DNA of 64,000 nucleotides from Candidatus Acidiferrales bacterium (GCA_035484815.1 DATHOO010000046.1:3850-67849), one strand, 5' to 3'. Positions 44,703 through 55,516 are shown, numbered from the stretch's first letter. The notes: generated by a model not told the origin, from the sequence alone. Made by a program: numbers and translations.

Positions 44703-45911
44703 CTATGAATGGTACAGCCTAATGGCGTGGGCAAGCCGTTCGACGCCCGCCTGGATATTCTTCTCCGAAGCGTTGGAAAAGTTTAGCCGCATTCCATCAT
44801 GTACGTTTCGTGCCGGATAGAAGTTGACTCCCGGTACGAAGACGACTTTCGATCGAGCCGAGATTCGCAGCAGCTCGGTGGTGTCGACCCCTGGGACGGT
44901 CACCCAGAGGAACATTCCGCCGGCGGGACGCGTAAAGCGCACGCCGTCGGGCATGAACTCTGCGAGCGCGTCGGACATCACGCCGCGCCGATGCGCGTAG
45001 GTTTGGGCGATCTTGCGGACGTGCGCATCGAAGGCGTCGCCACCCGAGGCATACTCGTGAAAGACGTATTGCGCGAAAGTTCCGCTGTGAAGATCTGCGC
45101 CTTGTTTGGCAAGCACGATCTTTTCGCGAATCTCATCGTCGGCGATGACCAGCCACGCGATTCGCATGCCCGGCGCCATGATCTTGCTACCGGTGCCTAA
45201 ATAGATGATCGACGCCGTCGTTTGATACGAAACGAGCGGCGGCAAGTCGGTCCCCTCGAATCGCAGTTCGCCGTAGGGATCGTCTTCCACGACGGGCAGA
45301 CCGAAGTGCTCGCAGATGCGAACGACACTTTCGCGCCGGCGGCCCGCGAGCGTGCGTCCGGTGGGATTTTGAAAGTTTGGAACGAGATAGAGAAACTTCG
45401 GGAACGGATCGGCGTGCTGTAGCAAACGCTCGAGCGAATCGGGGATCAATCCATCTTCGTCCGTATCGACCGTCAGGTAACGCGCCTCGTACGCGTCGAA
45501 GGCTTGAATCGCGCCAAGATACGACGGATCTTCCATCACGACGTGGTCGCCCGGATCGAGAAAGATCTTCCCGACGAGATCGAGTCCTTGCTGCGATCCA
45601 TTGACGATAGTGACGCTATCGGCATCGAAGATTCGTCCGAAACGGCGCGTCAGTCGTTCGGCGAGCCAAACGCGCATTTCGGGAATGCCCTCGGTCACGC
45701 TGTATTGAAGCGCGGCGGCACCGTAGCGCTCCATCACCGCACGGGCGGCCTCTGCAATCGCAGCAGTTGGGAAGAGCTCGGGCGCCGGCAGACCGCCGCC
45801 GAAGGAAATCACGTCGGGCTGCTGCGTGACCTTGAGCATCTCACGAATCGTCGAGGCCCGCAAACGCGCAGTGCGCTCGGCAAACTGCGCGGACCGCGAG
45901 ATCGTAGACAT
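44703..45911 (-). CDS. PLP-dependent aminotransferase, class I/II (LysN / 2-aminoadipate transaminase-like)
   Basis: 402 aa. RLRASTIREMLKVTQQPDVISFGGGLPAPELFP and YLGTGSKIMAPGMRIAW (PLP lysine). Confidence 0.85.
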   Translation of the reverse strand: MSTISRSAQFAERTARLRASTIREMLKVTQQPDVISFGGGLPAPELFPTAAIAEAARAVMERYGAAALQYSVTEGIPEMRVWLAERLTRRFGRIFDADSVTIVNGSQQGLDLVGKIFLDPGDHVVMEDPSYLGAIQAFDAYEARYLTVDTDEDGLIPDSLERLLQHADPFPKFLYLVPNFQNPTGRTLAGRRRESVVRICEHFGLPVVEDDPYGELRFEGTDLPPLVSYQTTASIIYLGTGSKIMAPGMRIAWLVIADDEIREKIVLAKQGADLHSGTFAQYVFHEYASGGDAFDAHVRKIAQTYAHRRGVMSDALAEFMPDGVRFTRPAGGMFLWVTVPGVDTTELLRISARSKVVFVPGVNFYPARNVHDGMRLNFSNASEKNIQAGVERLAHAIRLYHS

Positions 45912-45920
45912 GCTCTACAT

Positions 45921-46751
45921 TTATGCGGACGGCACCGGGGGTCCGCTTATGTCTCTCGGAAACGCGCCGCCCGCGAACGAAAGCATCGTCGCGCCCAAAC
46001 CGATGAGGCCGACGAAGATAAGTACAAGTGTACCGACGACCGGCACGAGCTCGGCCGCGGTGATCAGCGCCAAGCCGGCGAGCAGCGCGACCAGCGGCGA
46101 CGGCGTCGTCGAAGGGCTGAGCAACTCGCAGAGGCGGCGACCGATGAGTAGCGCAAGCGCCGCGGTACCCAAAAAGACGCCCGCGAGAACGAAGACGAAC
46201 TCGAGCAGAATCAACGGGATGAGGAGGATCGTAATCGCGAGCAAGACCGCTAGCGGAATCACCGCGACGCAGCCGAGCAAACCGGCGGCCACCGAGAGCC
46301 CGGGATGACGCTCGAGCCGATCGAGTACCATTCGTGTGCGCAGCGGGAATATGAGGAAGACGAGCAGCGCGAGAAGATTCCAAGATAGCCGCCAGAGCAG
46401 CCGGTGATCGGGAAGGAACGGGTTGTAGCCCGAATCGCTGGGTGCCCAGGGGACGACGCTCTGCGTGAGCGTTCCGCCAACCTGCGTGACTCGACCCGCC
46501 ACGACGCCTCCCGGGCGGGGATCGTAGTTCCCACCGATCACGGTGACGTCGCCTTCGACGATACCGGCGTTCGTGGCATCGCCAAAGACGACGGTGAGGT
46601 CGCCGTCAACGACTTGGCCGGGCTCAACGACGACCGATCCAAAGTAGGTCCCGCCGTGATAGACGGCTTGCGTATCGGCCAGCGCCGGAGCGCCGAACAT
46701 CAACACGGCGGCCAGGCAGAGTCCCGCGGCCGCAAGCAACCGACCGATCAT
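45921..46751 (-). CDS. Exported bactofilin-like (polymer-forming beta-helix) domain fused to a 4-5 TM C-terminal domain
   Basis: Start moved to ATG 46751 (ATGA overlap with the anti-sigma stop). MIGRLLAAAGLCLAAVLMFGAPALA signal peptide. Repeats GQVVDGDLTVVFGDATNAGIVEGDVTVIGG. The track ORF start at 47195 is over-extended. Confidence 0.65.
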   Translation of the reverse strand: MIGRLLAAAGLCLAAVLMFGAPALADTQAVYHGGTYFGSVVVEPGQVVDGDLTVVFGDATNAGIVEGDVTVIGGNYDPRPGGVVAGRVTQVGGTLTQSVVPWAPSDSGYNPFLPDHRLLWRLSWNLLALLVFLIFPLRTRMVLDRLERHPGLSVAAGLLGCVAVIPLAVLLAITILLIPLILLEFVFVLAGVFLGTAALALLIGRRLCELLSPSTTPSPLVALLAGLALITAAELVPVVGTLVLIFVGLIGLGATMLSFAGGAFPRDISGPPVPSA

Positions 46752-47290
46752 GCCCGCGGTCCCCGCTCGAGATAGATCGCCAGCGCCGGTCGCACGCGGT
46801 GGTAGCCGTAGAGGAGCGCGGCGAGCAGAAGAACGTCGACCAGCAGCACGACCGTCACGGCGGCGGCCGCCACCGGCGTGGCCGGAGCAAGAGCTCGAAT
46901 TGCCGCGCCGAGCGCAGCGGCGTTGCGCTGCTGATTCTCGACCAACGCCGCGCCGGCGGCGAGAAGCTGATTCGACCGCAGCGCGGCGAACGCGGCGAGC
47001 GCCCAGGCGGCGACGAGATAGAGCGCGAGCGGAAGCAGAAGCGGAACGCGCCGGGGTGAACGGGCCGACTTCCCGTGGGTTGCGGAGAGAACGTTGGCGG
47101 TAAAGTTGGGAGCGACGCTGCCGGGCGGACGGGCCGTCGTCAACAGCGCGTCGACGACGCGCAACTCGCGCAAAAAACCTTCGCAAGCGCGGCACCCGCG
47201 AAGATGCTCGGCAACTCGTAACGCTTGGCGACGTCGCAGGGTCCTCTCGAGATATCCGGCGAGCAGCGGCTCACACGAGGAGCAGCGCAC
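46748..47290 (-). CDS. zf-HC2 anti-sigma factor
   Basis: GTG 47290 is preceded by GGGAGG plus a 5-nt spacer. VRCSSCEPLLAGYLERTL...HLRGCRACEGFL zinc-finger motif, followed by TM helices. Overlaps the sigma gene end by 20 nt. Confidence 0.75.
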   Translation of the reverse strand: MRCSSCEPLLAGYLERTLRRRQALRVAEHLRGCRACEGFLRELRVVDALLTTARPPGSVAPNFTANVLSATHGKSARSPRRVPLLLPLALYLVAAWALAAFAALRSNQLLAAGAALVENQQRNAAALGAAIRALAPATPVAAAAVTVVLLVDVLLLAALLYGYHRVRPALAIYLERGPRA

Positions 47291-47912
47291 GCGAACCTCC
47301 CTTTGGAGCGGAGTTTTCCAACGAGCCGCTCGCGCGCCGCTCGCGCTCGCGCATCTTCTTCGTAAGTGCGATCTTGCCACGGTGGATCAGCGTTTTTACG
47401 TTCCCTAGCGAGAGTCCGAGCGTGCTCGCGATCGTCTGATACTCCATGCTGTCGAAATAGCGAAGCGCCAAGACCGTTCGCGTGCGTTCCGGCAGCTCTG
47501 CAAGCGCCGCGCGCAGTTCGCGCTCGGCCTCTTCGCGCAGAACACCGCCTGCCGGATCGGCCTGCGGCGAGAGATCCGGAAGCGCGCTCTCGAGCGATTG
47601 GTCTTCGGGCAGTTGCTGCAACTGCGGCGCGCGTAACGACTTCGCCAAATGGGTCCGAATGACGTTTCGCGCGATCTGGTAGATCCACGTCGAAAACTTC
47701 CCGAGTTGGGGATTGAACGTTCCGATATGCGCGTAGGCTCGCAAAAAGGTTTCCTGCGAAAGGTCCGCACTCTCGGACGAGTTTCGCACGGTTGCGCCGA
47801 TAAAGTTCGCGATACCGCGTTTGTAACGATCTACGAGCACGCCGAAGACCTCCCTTTCCCCGGAACGCACTCGATAAACCAGAGCTTCGTCGCTCTGATC
47901 ACGGAATGCCAT
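47271..47912 (-). CDS. ECF-type sigma-70 family sigma factor
   Basis: 213 aa. Region 2 DLSQETFLRAYAHIGTF...FSTWIYQIARN and region 4 LPERTRTVLALRYFDSMEYQTIASTLGLSLGNVKTLIHRG. Confidence 0.88.
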   Translation of the reverse strand: MAFRDQSDEALVYRVRSGEREVFGVLVDRYKRGIANFIGATVRNSSESADLSQETFLRAYAHIGTFNPQLGKFSTWIYQIARNVIRTHLAKSLRAPQLQQLPEDQSLESALPDLSPQADPAGGVLREEAERELRAALAELPERTRTVLALRYFDSMEYQTIASTLGLSLGNVKTLIHRGKIALTKKMRERERRASGSLENSAPKGGSRALLLV

Positions 47913-47965
47913 CCCCTTTCGATTCGGTTCCTCTAGCGGCTGTTACCTCGGCTGACCCGCGTTTG

Positions 47966-48511
47966 TTACGCTTCCTTAACGCGCGAACGCGCGCGCAGGC
48001 TGGGAGCGCCGGCATCGCGCTCGGAAAGGATCGGCCGCCGTCCGGCGAGCGGCCACTCGATCCCTAGATCCGGGTCGTCCCATGCAATCGCGAATTCATG
48101 TTCCGGATCGTAAGGTGCGCTCTGCTTATAGGCGAACGTGGTCTCCTCTTCCAAAGCGAGGTAACCGTGCAGAAAGCCGCGAGGCACGTAAATCTGCGCT
48201 CCGCCGGCGGCGGTCAGCACCGTCCCGTGCCAGCGGCGATAGCTCGGGCTCCCCGGCCGCAGATCGACGATGACGTCGAATGCGCTGCCGCGTATCACGC
48301 TGACGAGTTTGGCTAAGCGCGCGTCGCCGTGTAGGCCGCGCAAGACGTTACGGTGCGAAAAGGAAAGATTATCTTGGACAAAGGTTTCCTCAATGCCGCA
48401 TCTACGATAGCGGTCGACCGCGTACGTCTCTCGGAAAAAGCCGCGCTCGTCGGTAAACGTGCGCGGCGTGAGCACCAAGGCCCCGGCGAGAGGTAATTGC
48501 TCGATCTCCAT
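47966..48511 (-). CDS. rfbC: dTDP-4-dehydrorhamnose 3,5-epimerase
   Basis: 181 aa. FTDERGFFRETY, VQDNLSFSHRNVLRGLH, and KLVSVIRGSAFDVIVDLR motifs. Confidence 0.92.
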   Translation of the reverse strand: MEIEQLPLAGALVLTPRTFTDERGFFRETYAVDRYRRCGIEETFVQDNLSFSHRNVLRGLHGDARLAKLVSVIRGSAFDVIVDLRPGSPSYRRWHGTVLTAAGGAQIYVPRGFLHGYLALEEETTFAYKQSAPYDPEHEFAIAWDDPDLGIEWPLAGRRPILSERDAGAPSLRARSRVKEA

Positions 48512-48526
48512 GAGAACGAGGCTACT

Positions 48527-49837
48527 ATGAACGGCAGTATGAGTCCGCCCGGGACGTTCGTTCTCCGCCGCGGGCTCGAACGGCTGCGTGCGAGCGCGAT
48601 GCTCAAGCAGAGTCTGCTAGTCTTCTCCGCCGGCATGGTGCTCAACCTGTGCGGCTTCGTCGCGCACGCCGTGGCCAGCCGTCAGCTCGGCGTAACGGTC
48701 TATGGAGGCCTCTACGCACTGATCAACGCGGCGCTCATCGCCGCTCTGCCGGCGGCCTTCGTCGCGCCGGTCGTCGCGCAGATCGGTGCAGAGTTTCGCG
48801 CGCTCCACGACGACGGCCATCTCCGCGGATTAACCGACGGCGTTACCCGCGGCTTTGCCAAGCTCGGTGTGATTTATGTCGTCGTGGCGTTATGCGGTGC
48901 GGTCCCGTTCGCGCGCTTCCTCCACGTGCCGGTTTGGTCGATTCCGATCGTCGGTCTGCTTTCCGGCATCGCGCTCTTCGTCAGCGCACTGCGTGCGGTT
49001 GCGCAGGGTACGCAGGATTTCGTCGGCTACTCGGTATCCAATTCGATCGAGGGTATCGCGAAAGTCGGCGCCATCGTATTGTTGATCGCCGTCGGATTGA
49101 AGCTAGGCGGCGGCATCGTCGGATTTTTGATCGGTCCGCTCTGCGCGTTGATCTACTTGCAAACGCGTTTGAAGCAGCGGTATGCGAGCGTCGAGCCGCG
49201 TGGAGTGCGCTATGACTGGCGCCGCCTCATGAACGCCGGCGCGGGCGCGGCCGCGGCGACGATCTCGTTGGCGCTCATGGGATCCGCCGACGTCGTTTTG
49301 GTGAAACACTTTTTTGACGCGCACTCGGCGGGACTTTACGCGGCGGCTTCACTCGGCGGAAAGACGCTGCTCTATTTGGTCGGCTTCGTTCCAACCGTGC
49401 TGCTTCCGCAGGCGGCCGACCGCCATGCGCGCGGTGCGGAGACCCGGGAGGTTTTGGTCGTAAGTCTGTTGATGTTCGCGGGACTTTCGATCTTCGGGCT
49501 CTTCGTCTTCCGGTACTTCGGCACCCAGGTTCTGCACGCGCTGGTGGGACGGGCGTTCGACGCGGCGGCGCCTCTTTTGGTGACGTACGGTTTAGCGATG
49601 GTGCTTCTCGCGCTCACCAACGCGCTGACCGCCTACGGCATCGCGACACACCGCTTGGCGTTCACGGTTCCGCTCTTGATCGCTACAATCGGTACCCTTG
49701 CGGCGATCGTCGTGTTCCACACGTCGCTGGCGACCGTCGTCGAGATTTTAGTCGTCGGTAACGCGATAGCCGCCATCGCCGTCGTCCTTTCGTTAATCCT
49801 GCAGCGACACACCGCCGGCCGGCGATCGACTGTTTGA
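48527..49837 (+). CDS. Wzx-like polysaccharide/oligosaccharide flippase (MOP superfamily)
   Basis: About 436 aa with 12 or more TM segments. The start is uncertain (ATG 48527 or 48599); the track start at 48497 would overlap the divergent rfbC. Confidence 0.7.
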   Translation: MNGSMSPPGTFVLRRGLERLRASAMLKQSLLVFSAGMVLNLCGFVAHAVASRQLGVTVYGGLYALINAALIAALPAAFVAPVVAQIGAEFRALHDDGHLRGLTDGVTRGFAKLGVIYVVVALCGAVPFARFLHVPVWSIPIVGLLSGIALFVSALRAVAQGTQDFVGYSVSNSIEGIAKVGAIVLLIAVGLKLGGGIVGFLIGPLCALIYLQTRLKQRYASVEPRGVRYDWRRLMNAGAGAAAATISLALMGSADVVLVKHFFDAHSAGLYAAASLGGKTLLYLVGFVPTVLLPQAADRHARGAETREVLVVSLLMFAGLSIFGLFVFRYFGTQVLHALVGRAFDAAAPLLVTYGLAMVLLALTNALTAYGIATHRLAFTVPLLIATIGTLAAIVVFHTSLATVVEILVVGNAIAAIAVVLSLILQRHTAGRRSTV

Positions 49838-50679
49838 AGCGCGTTCTCCTGATCGGCGGCTCGGGACAGCTAGGAACGCAGGTTCGCCGACGCTGGGCTG
49901 ATTGCGAGATCGTCGCGCCCTCGCACGACGAACTCGCGCTTGAGGAAACGGTGAACCTTCGTGCCGCTTTGGGCGACGTGCGTCCCGACGTTCTGCTCAA
50001 CGCCGCCGCGTTCGCCGACGTCGATCGTTGTGAACGTGAACCCGAGCGCGCCTTCGCCGCCAACACGGTTGCGGTCGGCGCCGCGGCCGAGGCCGCGCAC
50101 GAGTGCGGCGCGCTCTTCGTTACGATCAGCACCGATTACGTCTTCGATGGTTCGACGACGCTGCCGTACGACGAGAGCGACGCGCCGCACCCGCTCTCAG
50201 TCTACGGTACTTCGAAGCTCGCCGGCGAGTATCTCGTCGAACGCCTTCACTCGCGTGCTTTCGTTGTGCGGACGTGCGGCCTCTACGGTGCAACCAATGC
50301 GAGCGGACGCACGCCCTTCATCGAACGCGTGCTCGCGCAGCAATCTCGTGCGCAACCGATGCGGGTGGTCGCCGACGTCGTGGCATCGCCGACGTTTGCG
50401 GGCCATCTCGCGCAAGCGCTGCGCCGTCTGATCGAGAGCGAATCGTACGGACTCTATCACATCGCCGACGTCGGCCCCGTGAGCTGGTACGATTTCGCGG
50501 CGGAGGCCATTGCTCAAGCGGGTGCCGCGGTCTCCATCGAGCCGATAGCCGCCGATCAATGGAAGGCGCCCGCGGTGCGCCCGCGCTTCTCGGCCCTGGA
50601 AAACGCCAACCTCGCCCGTTTGGGCATCGCAATGCCGTCCTGGCGGGACGGAATTGCCGCATATCTCGCGCTCCGGTAA
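49834..50679 (+). CDS. rfbD: dTDP-4-dehydrorhamnose reductase
   Basis: 281 aa. TTGA overlap with wzx. KRVLLIGGSGQLG, ISTDYVFDG, and YGTSKLAGE motifs. Confidence 0.9.
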   Translation: MKRVLLIGGSGQLGTQVRRRWADCEIVAPSHDELALEETVNLRAALGDVRPDVLLNAAAFADVDRCEREPERAFAANTVAVGAAAEAAHECGALFVTISTDYVFDGSTTLPYDESDAPHPLSVYGTSKLAGEYLVERLHSRAFVVRTCGLYGATNASGRTPFIERVLAQQSRAQPMRVVADVVASPTFAGHLAQALRRLIESESYGLYHIADVGPVSWYDFAAEAIAQAGAAVSIEPIAADQWKAPAVRPRFSALENANLARLGIAMPSWRDGIAAYLALR

Positions 50680-50692
50680 GATAGACGGCACC

Positions 50693-52246
50693 ATGGAACT
50701 CCGAATCGATCGAGCCGGCGTCGATCGCTGCCGGACGCTGGCGGCCGCCATCGTCGCGCCGGTTGAAGCCTTCATCACCGCGCACTCGACCGTCTCGGTC
50801 GAGCGTGCGGTGCTGCGCCTGCTCGGCGTCGACGGCATCACGCCCGAAGAGATTCCGCTGCCCAACGCAATCGTGGATTCAATCGCGCCCGGCGAGCGTG
50901 GCCACGGAGTTGCGATCGCTTTCGGGAAGGCGGTTGCCGAAACGGGTCTCGACCCGTTAACCCTCGCCGAAGCCGTCGGGGCGGGACGGTACAGCATCGC
51001 AGAGTTCGGCGAGACGCCGGCCAGCGCAGCTCGTGGCGCGCTGCGCCCGCACGTGGCAAACGCGCTCGCTCGGATTGCCGCACAGCGCGAGGAACGCGCC
51101 GCGCGCCTCGCGCGCCTGCCGCAGCTGCCGCCGCCGTTACTCTACGTGATCGTCGCGAGCGGGAACATCTACGAGGATCGGACCGCCGCCGTTGCCGCGG
51201 CTGAGGCCGGCGCGCAAGTCGTCGCGGTAATTCGCTCGACCGGTCAATCGCTGCTCGATTTCGTTCCGTTCGGCCCAACGACCGAAGGCTTCGGGGGCAC
51301 GTATGCGACGCAAGCGAACTTTCGAATCATGCGGGCTGCCCTCGACGAGATTAGCGAGCGGCTCGGCCGCTACGTGATGCTGACCAACTATGCCAGCGGC
51401 CTGTGCATGCCGGAGATCGCCGCGATGGCGGCGCTGGAGCGTCTCGACATGCTGCTCAACGATTCGATGTACGGAATACTATTTCGCGATATCAATATGA
51501 AGCGCACGTTCATCGACCAGCACTTCAGCCGCATGCTCAACGCATACTCGGGGATCATTATCAACACCGGCGAGGACAACTACCTCACGACGGCTGACGC
51601 CGTCGACCAGGCTCCCGCGGTTTTGGCGTCCCAGTTCATCAATGAGGAGTTCGCGCATCGCGCCGGCTTGACCGATTCCCAAATCGGACTGGGCGATGCG
51701 TACGAAATCAATCCCGACTTGGAGGACAGCTTCCTCTATCAGGTTGCGCAGGCGCAGCTGGCGCGCGAGATCTTTCCCAACGCGGCATTGAAGTATATGC
51801 CTCCCACCAAGCACATGACCGGCGACGTCTTCAAGGGCCATCTCATCGACGCCATGTTCAACCTCACCTCGGTGATGACCGGACAGAGCATCCATCTCTG
51901 CGGCATGCTCACCGAAGCGATCCACACGCCGTTCCTCGGAGACCGCGCGCTCTCGCTCGAGAACGCGCGCTACGTGATGAATACCGCCCGTCACTTCGGC
52001 GACGAAATCGTTCTCCGGCCCGGCGGCGCGATCGAACGGCGCGCACAGGCCGTACTGAACGGATGCGAAGCGTTGCTCGAGCGAGTGGCGGCGATGGGCC
52101 TGATGCATGCCATCGAGGGTGCAACCTTCGCCGACGTCGCTCGCACGCCCGACGGCGGAAGGGGATTCGAGGGCGTCTTCGTCCGGGAGGCCGATTACTT
52201 CAACCCGTTCGAGGAGTCGCTTCTCTCGGCGAGGCTGCCGGTATGA
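50693..52246 (+). CDS. kamD: Lysine 5,6-aminomutase alpha subunit (KamD)
   Basis: Start moved to ATG 50693. LLYVIVASGNIYEDRTAAVAAAEAGAQVVAVIRSTGQSLLDFVPFGPTTEGFGGTYATQANFR and GIIINTGEDNYLTTADA are near-identical to my memory of clostridial KamD. Confidence 0.88.
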   Translation: MELRIDRAGVDRCRTLAAAIVAPVEAFITAHSTVSVERAVLRLLGVDGITPEEIPLPNAIVDSIAPGERGHGVAIAFGKAVAETGLDPLTLAEAVGAGRYSIAEFGETPASAARGALRPHVANALARIAAQREERAARLARLPQLPPPLLYVIVASGNIYEDRTAAVAAAEAGAQVVAVIRSTGQSLLDFVPFGPTTEGFGGTYATQANFRIMRAALDEISERLGRYVMLTNYASGLCMPEIAAMAALERLDMLLNDSMYGILFRDINMKRTFIDQHFSRMLNAYSGIIINTGEDNYLTTADAVDQAPAVLASQFINEEFAHRAGLTDSQIGLGDAYEINPDLEDSFLYQVAQAQLAREIFPNAALKYMPPTKHMTGDVFKGHLIDAMFNLTSVMTGQSIHLCGMLTEAIHTPFLGDRALSLENARYVMNTARHFGDEIVLRPGGAIERRAQAVLNGCEALLERVAAMGLMHAIEGATFADVARTPDGGRGFEGVFVREADYFNPFEESLLSARLPV

Positions 52247-52992
52247 CAAAGCTCGTCAAGCCTTACGGCGATACCGAGAACGACGGCAAAGTGCAACTCT
52301 CGTTCACGCTGCCCGTCGAGTGGAGCGAAGCCGCCGACGAGGCCGCGCGCCAGCTCGCCGGCAAAATGGGCTTCGCCGACGTGCAAGTCGTGGACGGACG
52401 CCGGGTCGCCTCGGGCTTTTCGTTCTTCGTACTCTATGCGAGCACGCCGCAGGCCATCGACGTCGAGAGCGTCCATGCTCCATCGGCGCGAGAGCACGCG
52501 ATGTCGATGGAAGAGATCGACGCGTTCGTAGCGGAGCGAATCGGTCGCAAGGTCCGCGTGGCCGGGGCTTGCATCGGTACCGACGCCCACACCGTCGGTA
52601 TCGACGCGATTCTTAACATGAAGGGATATAAAGGCAACTATGGACTCGAGCGGTATCACTCGTTCGAGACGTTCAATCTCGGCAGCCAGGTCGCCATCGA
52701 AGAGCTCGTACGTTTCACCCAAGAACGCGGCATCGACGCGCTTCTCGCGTCGCAGGTGGTCACGCAAAAGGGCAGCGACATCAAAAACTTCACCGCGCTC
52801 GGCGAGCTGCTCGAGGCGCAGGGCGTCCGCGACAACGTCGTGTTGATTTGCGGAGGACCTCGGGTGACCAATCGTTTGGCGAGCGAGCTTGGATACGATG
52901 CCGGTTTCGGCCGCGGAACGCTGCCGAGCGAAGTCGCGGCCTTCATCGCGGTGACGTTGGCGGAGCGCCTGCGCGCGCGTTCCCGAGCGTAG
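52243..52992 (+). CDS. kamE: Lysine 5,6-aminomutase beta subunit (KamE), B12-binding
   Basis: ATGA overlap with kamD. MTKLVKPYGDTENDGKVQLSFTLPV N-terminus and the cobalamin DxHxxG motif (GACIGTDAHTVGIDAI). The track start at 52063 is over-extended. Confidence 0.85.
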   Translation: MTKLVKPYGDTENDGKVQLSFTLPVEWSEAADEAARQLAGKMGFADVQVVDGRRVASGFSFFVLYASTPQAIDVESVHAPSAREHAMSMEEIDAFVAERIGRKVRVAGACIGTDAHTVGIDAILNMKGYKGNYGLERYHSFETFNLGSQVAIEELVRFTQERGIDALLASQVVTQKGSDIKNFTALGELLEAQGVRDNVVLICGGPRVTNRLASELGYDAGFGRGTLPSEVAAFIAVTLAERLRARSRA

Positions 52993-53976
<984 letters not shown>

Positions 53977-53986
53977 GAGCACAGAT

Positions 53987-54931
53987 GTGCGTGCGCTCGT
54001 AACCGGCGCGAACGGGTTTGTCGGCCGATATCTCGTCGATGCGCTCCACGCGGAACGCGTCGAGGTCTTCGCCTGCGGGGGACCCAACGACCGCCCCGAG
54101 CGCGACTGCGTGGTTGACGTACGCGACGCTCGAACGCTGCGCCGCGCACTTGAAGCGTTCAAGCCAACCGTCGTCTTTCATCTCGCTGCGCAGACGTTTG
54201 TGCCCGAGGCGATGCGCGCGCCGGTTGAAACCTACGAGATTAACGCAATGGGGACCGCGCGACTGGCCGAGGCGATGCGAGCTTACGCCGATTCGCCGAT
54301 GCGCATCGTTTTTGCCAGCTCGGCTGAAGTTTACGGCGCGCGCGATCCAGGCGAATATCCGCTGCGTGAGAGCCTCGATCTGCGCCCGCGCAACCCGTAT
54401 GGCGCGAGTAAAGCCGCGGCCGAAGCGATGTTATTGAGTGAGGCGCGCAGCTTCGGCACCGACGTCGTCATCGCGCGAGCATTCAATCACATTGGTCCGG
54501 GACAGCGCGAAGACTTCGTCGTCGCCTCGCTCGCGGCACAGCTAGCCCGGATCGCCGGCGGCGGAGCGCCGCAACTTTTGGTTGGCAACCTCAACGCGGC
54601 GAGAGATTTTCTCGACGTGCGCGACGTCGCCGCAGCGTACGTCGCGCTCGCCCGCGGCGGCGAACGCGGCGAGGTCTACAACGTCTGCAGCGGACGAGCC
54701 GTTACGATTCGCGACGTGTTGCGCGAGCTGATCGCGATCGCGCGTGTGCCGGTTGAAGTGCGAGAGGATCCACTGCGGGTCCGTTCGGCCGACGTCCCAC
54801 TCTCTGTCGGCGCGCCCGAGAAACTTCGCTCGCGCACGGGCTGGGCGCCCCAGATCCCGTTGCTACGCTCGCTGCGCGACGTTTACGAGGCCGCGCGGGC
54901 GGTTGCGCAAAACCCTAGCCCCACCTCATGA
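53987..54931 (+). CDS. NAD-dependent epimerase/dehydratase, GDP-4-keto-6-deoxy-D-mannose reductase (Rmd)-like
   Basis: 314 aa. RALVTGANGFVGRYLV and YGASKAAAE catalytic motifs. Lies directly after gmd. The exact product (rhamnose versus other 6-deoxyhexose) is not determinable here. Confidence 0.7.
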   Translation: MRALVTGANGFVGRYLVDALHAERVEVFACGGPNDRPERDCVVDVRDARTLRRALEAFKPTVVFHLAAQTFVPEAMRAPVETYEINAMGTARLAEAMRAYADSPMRIVFASSAEVYGARDPGEYPLRESLDLRPRNPYGASKAAAEAMLLSEARSFGTDVVIARAFNHIGPGQREDFVVASLAAQLARIAGGGAPQLLVGNLNAARDFLDVRDVAAAYVALARGGERGEVYNVCSGRAVTIRDVLRELIAIARVPVEVREDPLRVRSADVPLSVGAPEKLRSRTGWAPQIPLLRSLRDVYEAARAVAQNPSPTS

Positions 54932-55509
54932 ATTTTCAGAGCTTTGTCTTCAAGAATCGCGGGCTCTTGCTTGGTTTGCCGGCGGCGATGCTGGCGCTGC
55001 GCGGCCGTCCGAGCGCGCGCAGCGTTGCACTCGGGCTTCCGCTCGCCTTCGCCGGCGAGCTGCTGCGTTGTTGGGCCGTCGGTTATTCGGGCACAACGAC
55101 CCGAGACGACGTCGTGACCGCGCCGGCGCTGGCGACCGGCGGACCATATGCATACGTCCGCAATCCGCTCTATCTCGGCAACTTCATCACGGCACTGGGG
55201 TTCTCGATTGCATTCACCGGCAAAAACTCGCCGTGCGGGCGCCGCGCGCTGGCTGGTGGTTCGCTCGCAACGATGGCGGCGATCTACGCGACGATCATTC
55301 CGCATGAGGAGGCCTTTCTGCGTTCGCAGTTTGGCGAGGAGTTCGACCGATATTGCGAGCGCGTGCCGCGTCTTTTGCCGCAGCTCGAGCCGCTTCCGAA
55401 CGCGGGCGCGCGATGGGATTGCGCAACGCTGAAGGAGGCCGAAAGCAAGACGTTCGTTCTCTTCGGTGCGATGCTGCTCGCGCTCGCGTTGCGCGCGGGC
55501 AGCGCCTAG
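54928..55509 (+). CDS. Isoprenylcysteine carboxyl methyltransferase (ICMT/PEMT) family membrane protein
   Basis: 193 aa. GGPYAYVRNPLYLGNFITALGFSIAF and EEAFLRSQFGEEFDRY motifs. ATGA overlap with the upstream gene. Confidence 0.8.
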   Translation: MNFQSFVFKNRGLLLGLPAAMLALRGRPSARSVALGLPLAFAGELLRCWAVGYSGTTTRDDVVTAPALATGGPYAYVRNPLYLGNFITALGFSIAFTGKNSPCGRRALAGGSLATMAAIYATIIPHEEAFLRSQFGEEFDRYCERVPRLLPQLEPLPNAGARWDCATLKEAESKTFVLFGAMLLALALRAGSA

Positions 55510-55516
55510 AGTAACG

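Noticed and set aside
45921-47195. Over-extended 5' ends in the ORF track: 45921..47195, 14586..15713, 25425..27620, 27285..28610, 30274..31782, 36468..37580, 50654..52246, 52063..52992, 55466..56380, 60184..61098 and 19032..20498.
   Set aside because: In each case the extension overlaps a neighbouring real gene and has odd composition. An internal start gives a proper signal peptide or conserved N-terminus, often with an SD or a 4-nt start-stop overlap. The coordinates were trimmed accordingly.
50680-50692. An expected cobalamin riboswitch or promoter ahead of kamDE.
   Set aside because: Only 13 nt separate rfbD and kamD, so there is no room for a riboswitch. None of the other intergenic regions show B12-box-like sequence either.
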